A DNA stretch of 34,069 bases from a virus (taxonomy: Duplodnaviria > Caudoviricetes). Position 1 is the first letter of the stretch. Each line of letters starts with the position of its first letter. Below are positions 30,353-34,069 of the stretch, in pieces. The DNA lies in IMG/VR virus record IMGVR_UViG_3300010334_000156, positions 1 to 34,069 of that record, one strand, 5' to 3'. Both the position numbers and the translations under genes were made by a program. A model generated the notes under the pieces. That model ran no database searches, was not told the DNA's origin, and worked only from the letters and a program-made list of their open reading frames with translations.

Positions 30353-31049
30353 GTATTTCGTTCTAGATCACGGACACGTTGATCTGGTGGATTACATGGG
30401 TTCTGATCTTAGTGTTGTTAATGCTGCAAGAGTTTCTTTTAATAAAGAAAGTTCTTGGGCAAGTGAGCCGAATTGGACAGGCTTCAATAAAAGAGAACTG
30501 TCTGAGCGAGATACAAAACTTATTAAGTATCTTGCAAAGCACAATCACTTCACTCCTTTCTGTCATGCACAGATCAGTTTGCGTATCAAGTGCCCGATCT
30601 TTGTTCGTGCACAACTTGGAAAACATCAGATTGGCCTAGTGATGAACGAGGTCAGTCGTAGATATGTCACACATGAGCCAGAAATTTATACTCCGCTCTG
30701 GAGAAATGCTCCAACTGATGGAGCAAAGCAAGGCAGCAGTGGTGCAATCGAAGATATGGATCATTGCATCAAACTTCGTCAAGAGTATGATGGAGTTGCA
30801 AAGGAATGTCTGGATCTTTACAATAAACTTTTGGTGGATGGTGTTGCTCCCGAACAAGCACGTTCAATCTTGCCACAAGGAACTTATACGGAATTTGTGT
30901 GGACTGGTTCTCTCTATGCATTTGCCCGTGTTTATAACTTGAGAATCGATGCCCACGCACAATGGGAAATTCAGGAATATGCAAAAGCAATTGATAAATT
31001 AATTGCTCCTCTTTTCCCAGTTTCGTGGCAAACTCTAACAACTAAATAA
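30339..31049 (+). CDS. thyX: Flavin-dependent thymidylate synthase ThyX
   Basis: MGSDLSVVNAARVSF, HNHFTPF, PIFVRAQLGKHQ...NEVSRRY, APEQARSILP, AQWEI. Start uncertain (30297-30339). Confidence 0.93.
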   Translation: MEQTKYFVLDHGHVDLVDYMGSDLSVVNAARVSFNKESSWASEPNWTGFNKRELSERDTKLIKYLAKHNHFTPFCHAQISLRIKCPIFVRAQLGKHQIGLVMNEVSRRYVTHEPEIYTPLWRNAPTDGAKQGSSGAIEDMDHCIKLRQEYDGVAKECLDLYNKLLVDGVAPEQARSILPQGTYTEFVWTGSLYAFARVYNLRIDAHAQWEIQEYAKAIDKLIAPLFPVSWQTLTTK

Positions 31050-31072
31050 GACACCAACTTAAGGATTTAACT

Positions 31073-32962
31073 ATGGCAGAAATTTTATCACCATTTCAAT
31101 CGTTTATTTTCATCTCCAGATATTCTAGATGGCTCAATGACCAGAATCGTCGTGAGACTTGGGATGAATGTGTAGACCGTTGGTGGAAATATTTTACTAA
31201 TAAAGTTCCACAACTATTGGAACGTCCAGATGTAAAGGAAGCAATCCTAAATCTTGAGGTTCTTCCTTCAATGAGAAGCCTGATGACTGCAGGCCCAGCA
31301 TTGGATCATGACAACACCTGTCTCTACAACTGCTCATATCTACCGATTGATTCTGTTCAATCATTTGCTGAGTTGTTCGTAATTCTAATGAATGGTACTG
31401 GCGTTGGATATTCCGTTGAACGCCAATACACGGACAAACTTCCTGCTGTTGCAAACAAGATAGAAAAAGTATTCAATATTTCTTACGTTGTTGAAGACTC
31501 AAAGGAAGGCTGGGGAAACGCTGTAAAGTTTTTGATTGAACATTTGTATGCAGGTCGTCACGTCAAGTGGGATCTTAGTAACATTCGTCCTGCTGGTGCT
31601 CGTTTGAAGACCTTTGGTGGTCGTGCAAGCGGTCCTGCACCTCTTGATAATCTATTCAAGTTCATTGTAAAGGTTTTCTACAATGCACAGGGACGCAGAC
31701 TTACTGCTCTTGAATGCCACGACATTTGCTGTGCTATTGCCAACGCAGTTATCGTTGGTGGTGTTCGTCGTTCTGCTATGATTTCTCTCAGTGATCTTTC
31801 TGATCGTGAGATGGCTCACTGCAAGAGCGGTGCATGGTGGGAGCAGGCTGGGTTCCGTTCTTACGCAAACAACTCTGCTGTCTATCGTGGTCGTCCGCCA
31901 ATGGGTCAGTTCCTAGAGGAATGGACTTCTCTCTACAACAGCCACAGTGGTGAGCGTGGAATGATCAATCGAAATGCATTGCAAGAACAAGCAGCGAAAT
32001 GGGGACGTGATGTTGAATGTGAGTATGGAACAAACCCATGCTCAGAAATCATTCTCAAGCCATTTGAGTTCTGCAATCTTTCTACTGTTGTTGTTCGTGC
32101 AGATGATACGGCTTCAACTCTGAAGAAGAAGATTGAAATCGCCACGATCATCGGAACAGTACAGTCAACATTCACGGAGTTCCCATATCTTCGTCCCGAG
32201 TGGAAGAAGAACTGCGAAGATGAAAGACTTCTTGGTGTAAGCATGACTGGTATCTATGACAACAAACTTACCAGTGGTCTTGAGGGCAAACCAAAGTTGG
32301 TTCGTCTATTAGAAACTCTTAGAGATCATGCAATCGCCACAAACCTCAAGTGGGCAGATAAGTTGGGTATCAATCCCAGCAAGTCAATCACTTGCGTCAA
32401 GCCTGAAGGAACCACTTCTTGCTTGGTTGACTCTGCCTCTGGTTTGCATCCCCGTTATGCGGATTATTATTACCGCAGAGTTCGTATTGACAAGAAGGAT
32501 CCAATTTACAATCTAATGAAGGATCAAGGCGTTCCTTGCGAAGATGATGTGATCAATCCTAATAACACAGCGGTCTTCACGTTTGCAATGAAGGCTCCGA
32601 GAGGAACCATTACCACGGATCAACTCCGTGCACTGGATCACTTGGATCTGTGGAAGACATATCAGGAACATTATTGTCAGCACAAGCCATCAATTACCGT
32701 CAATTACAAGGATTCTGAATTCCTTGAAGTCGGTAACTGGCTATGGGAGAACTTCGATGTCGCAACAGGCATCTCGTTCCTTCCCGGTGGAGACAGTCAC
32801 ACATACGCTCAGGCTCCATTTGAGCAAATTGATTCTGCAACCTATGCAGCCCATCCAAAAGTTAAAGTTAACTTCAAGGATCTGGCTAAATATGAGGCAG
32901 AAGACAATACTGAGTCGGCAAAAGAATTTGCCTGCAGTGCTGGCGGTTGCCAGATAGTCTGA
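31073..32962 (+). CDS. nrdJ: Class II (adenosylcobalamin-dependent, monomeric RTPR-type) ribonucleotide reductase
   Basis: PSMRSL, YNCSY, GTGVG, GGVRRSA, TNPCSEI, FCNL, TCVKPEGT, C-terminal CSAGGC; no beta-subunit gene adjacent. Confidence 0.92.
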   Translation: MAEILSPFQSFIFISRYSRWLNDQNRRETWDECVDRWWKYFTNKVPQLLERPDVKEAILNLEVLPSMRSLMTAGPALDHDNTCLYNCSYLPIDSVQSFAELFVILMNGTGVGYSVERQYTDKLPAVANKIEKVFNISYVVEDSKEGWGNAVKFLIEHLYAGRHVKWDLSNIRPAGARLKTFGGRASGPAPLDNLFKFIVKVFYNAQGRRLTALECHDICCAIANAVIVGGVRRSAMISLSDLSDREMAHCKSGAWWEQAGFRSYANNSAVYRGRPPMGQFLEEWTSLYNSHSGERGMINRNALQEQAAKWGRDVECEYGTNPCSEIILKPFEFCNLSTVVVRADDTASTLKKKIEIATIIGTVQSTFTEFPYLRPEWKKNCEDERLLGVSMTGIYDNKLTSGLEGKPKLVRLLETLRDHAIATNLKWADKLGINPSKSITCVKPEGTTSCLVDSASGLHPRYADYYYRRVRIDKKDPIYNLMKDQGVPCEDDVINPNNTAVFTFAMKAPRGTITTDQLRALDHLDLWKTYQEHYCQHKPSITVNYKDSEFLEVGNWLWENFDVATGISFLPGGDSHTYAQAPFEQIDSATYAAHPKVKVNFKDLAKYEAEDNTESAKEFACSAGGCQIV

Positions 32963-32970
32963 TTCTTCAC

Positions 32971-33043
32971 TCCTCTGTAGCTCAGTTGGTAGAGCAGAGA
33001 GCTGTTAACTCTCGGGTCACTGGTTCAAATCCAGTCGGAGGAG
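32971..33043 (+). tRNA. tRNA-Asn (GTT), CCA not encoded
   Basis: Acceptor TCCTCTG/CGGAGGA, D-arm GCTC-AGTTGGTA-GAGC, anticodon arm GAGAG-CTGTTAA-CTCTC, T-loop GGTTCAAATCC; 73 nt. Confidence 0.95.
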
Positions 33044-33050
33044 CATAAAA

Positions 33051-33080
33051 TAACCCCCTAGGAGCAATCCTGGGGGGTTA
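33051..33080. terminator. GC-rich hairpin with GCAA tetraloop (probable intrinsic terminator)
   Basis: TAACCCCCTAGGA-GCAA-TCCTGGGGGGTTA, a 13-bp stem with one G-U pair, directly after the tRNA; the plus-strand U-tract is weak. Confidence 0.7.
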
Positions 33081-33086
33081 TAAATA
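33079..33086 (+). promoter_or_regulatory. T4-type late promoter TATAAATA
   Basis: Exact consensus, 5 nt before ATG 33092. Confidence 0.8.
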
Positions 33087-33091
33087 TTGGT

Positions 33092-34069
33092 ATGCTGAGA
33101 TTTAAACAATTTTTGATTGAACAAAATGCAACTTCTTATGTTGATTATAGTCGGCCAACTCCAGTTAAGGAATTTGAAGAAGATTACAATTCACCAGAAT
33201 ATTTTGATTCCTTAAATAAAAAATTTGTTAAGTTAAAAACCGGTGAAAGAGTTGAATTATCCCCATTTGATGTAATGTCTTTGCAATTTGGTAAAGACAA
33301 AGTAAAAGAAAGAGATGAATACGTTGAAAAATTGAAAAATTATCATGGAAAAAATTATGATTTAGAGAATTATATTAGCATACCAAGATTGTCAGATGAA
33401 CATTTAAAGGAAAAAATTCCGTTCGTGGTTCCATCAGAATTTGGTGTAAAAGATTCTAAATCTACAACAAATACAACAGTAGCAGTACATTCTCCAGAAG
33501 TATCTGATTTTATACGAAGATCTTTACCCTACACTGCTGATGCGGATATAGATGAAATCAAAAAACGACAGCATCAACCGGAAGATATTAAAACTACATC
33601 ATATATCAGTATCAATCCATCTGAAATAAAAAATTATTCTGATGAGGAATTGAAAGATGTGTTGTCACATGAATCTTGGCATAGGTTAGCATACCCAAGT
33701 CAAATTCAAAATTTAAATAATAAAAATTTAAAAACACCATCTTTAATTGCAAAAAATTACAATATAGATCCAACGTGGTCGTCAACAACAAAAGAAATGG
33801 ATAGACGCGCTGAAGAGGAAGAAAATAAAATAACCCAATCAGGTAATGAATTGATTAAAGATGAGGATAAACGCGATGCTGACGGAAGATTATTACCTTA
33901 TGATTATAAGGCACATAAATCTAGATGGGATGAAATATCCAAAAGACAAGACAATCTATTGAATTACAAATTAAGGAAACTTTCTTTAGATACAGCAGAT
34001 TTGTCAAATGAAATTAAATCTGTGTCAGATGAAAAAGATAATAAAAATTATGATTCCAATTCTTATTAT
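33092..34069 (+). CDS. Putative internal head protein with HExxH motif (3' end outside window; absent from ORF track)
   Basis: Hand translation is open for 326 codons to the window end: MLRFKQFLIEQNATSY...ISINPSEIKNYSDEELKDVLSHESWHRLAY... (HESWH at 33668-33682). Confidence 0.8.
   Translation, partial: MLRFKQFLIEQNATSYVDYSRPTPVKEFEEDYNSPEYFDSLNKKFVKLKTGERVELSPFDVMSLQFGKDKVKERDEYVEKLKNYHGKNYDLENYISIPRLSDEHLKEKIPFVVPSEFGVKDSKSTTNTTVAVHSPEVSDFIRRSLPYTADADIDEIKKRQHQPEDIKTTSYISINPSEIKNYSDEELKDVLSHESWHRLAYPSQIQNLNNKNLKTPSLIAKNYNIDPTWSSTTKEMDRRAEEEENKITQSGNELIKDEDKRDADGRLLPYDYKAHKSRWDEISKRQDNLLNYKLRKLSLDTADLSNEIKSVSDEKDNKNYDSNSYY

Noticed and set aside
30590-30670. ThyX motif reads KHQ...EVSRRY instead of RHR...SxRY
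   Set aside because: The Ser/Arg core is retained and such variants occur in phage ThyX; there is no reason to call it inactive or novel.
22996-32962. Introns, inteins or homing endonucleases in gp43, uvsX, gp41, gp61, thyX or nrdJ
   Set aside because: All are uninterrupted, of normal length and with normally spaced motifs.
1-34069. Stop-codon reassignment (no called gene ends in TAG)
   Set aside because: Genes are full length in the standard code with no in-frame TAG and no suppressor tRNA; rare TAG use is normal in AT-rich phages.

Overview
A 34-kb segment of an AT-rich T4-like (myovirus) phage genome. It carries the conserved replication/recombination module in T4-like order: gp47, gp46, gp45, gp44, gp62, regA ... 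gp43, uvsX, gp40-like, gp41, gp61. ThyX, a class II (B12-dependent) ribonucleotide reductase, dUTPase, tRNA-Asn and a partial gmd gene are also present. About 17 kb of accessory DNA lies between regA and gp43. It holds a GT2+TPR glycosyltransferase directly followed by a late-promoter-driven array of seven fibre/adhesin genes, four with collagen-like G-X-Y tracts (three of them Thr-rich G-X-T/G-X-Q, BclA-like), and a minus-strand three-gene membrane/lysis-like cassette. The best candidate for a new system is phage-encoded glycosylation of collagen-like virion fibres (GT2-TPR + gmd + G-X-T collagens); this is inference. Other signals read from the DNA: five sigma70-like promoters with identical geometry (16-bp spacer, ATG 6 nt after the -10, suggesting leaderless mRNAs); apparent CCWGG avoidance in codon choice; and a final ORF missing from the ORF track with a T4-type capsid-targeting N-terminus and an HExxH motif. 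The track lists 22012..22608 as +, but it is on the minus strand. All product calls come from motif recognition by eye, without database searches.
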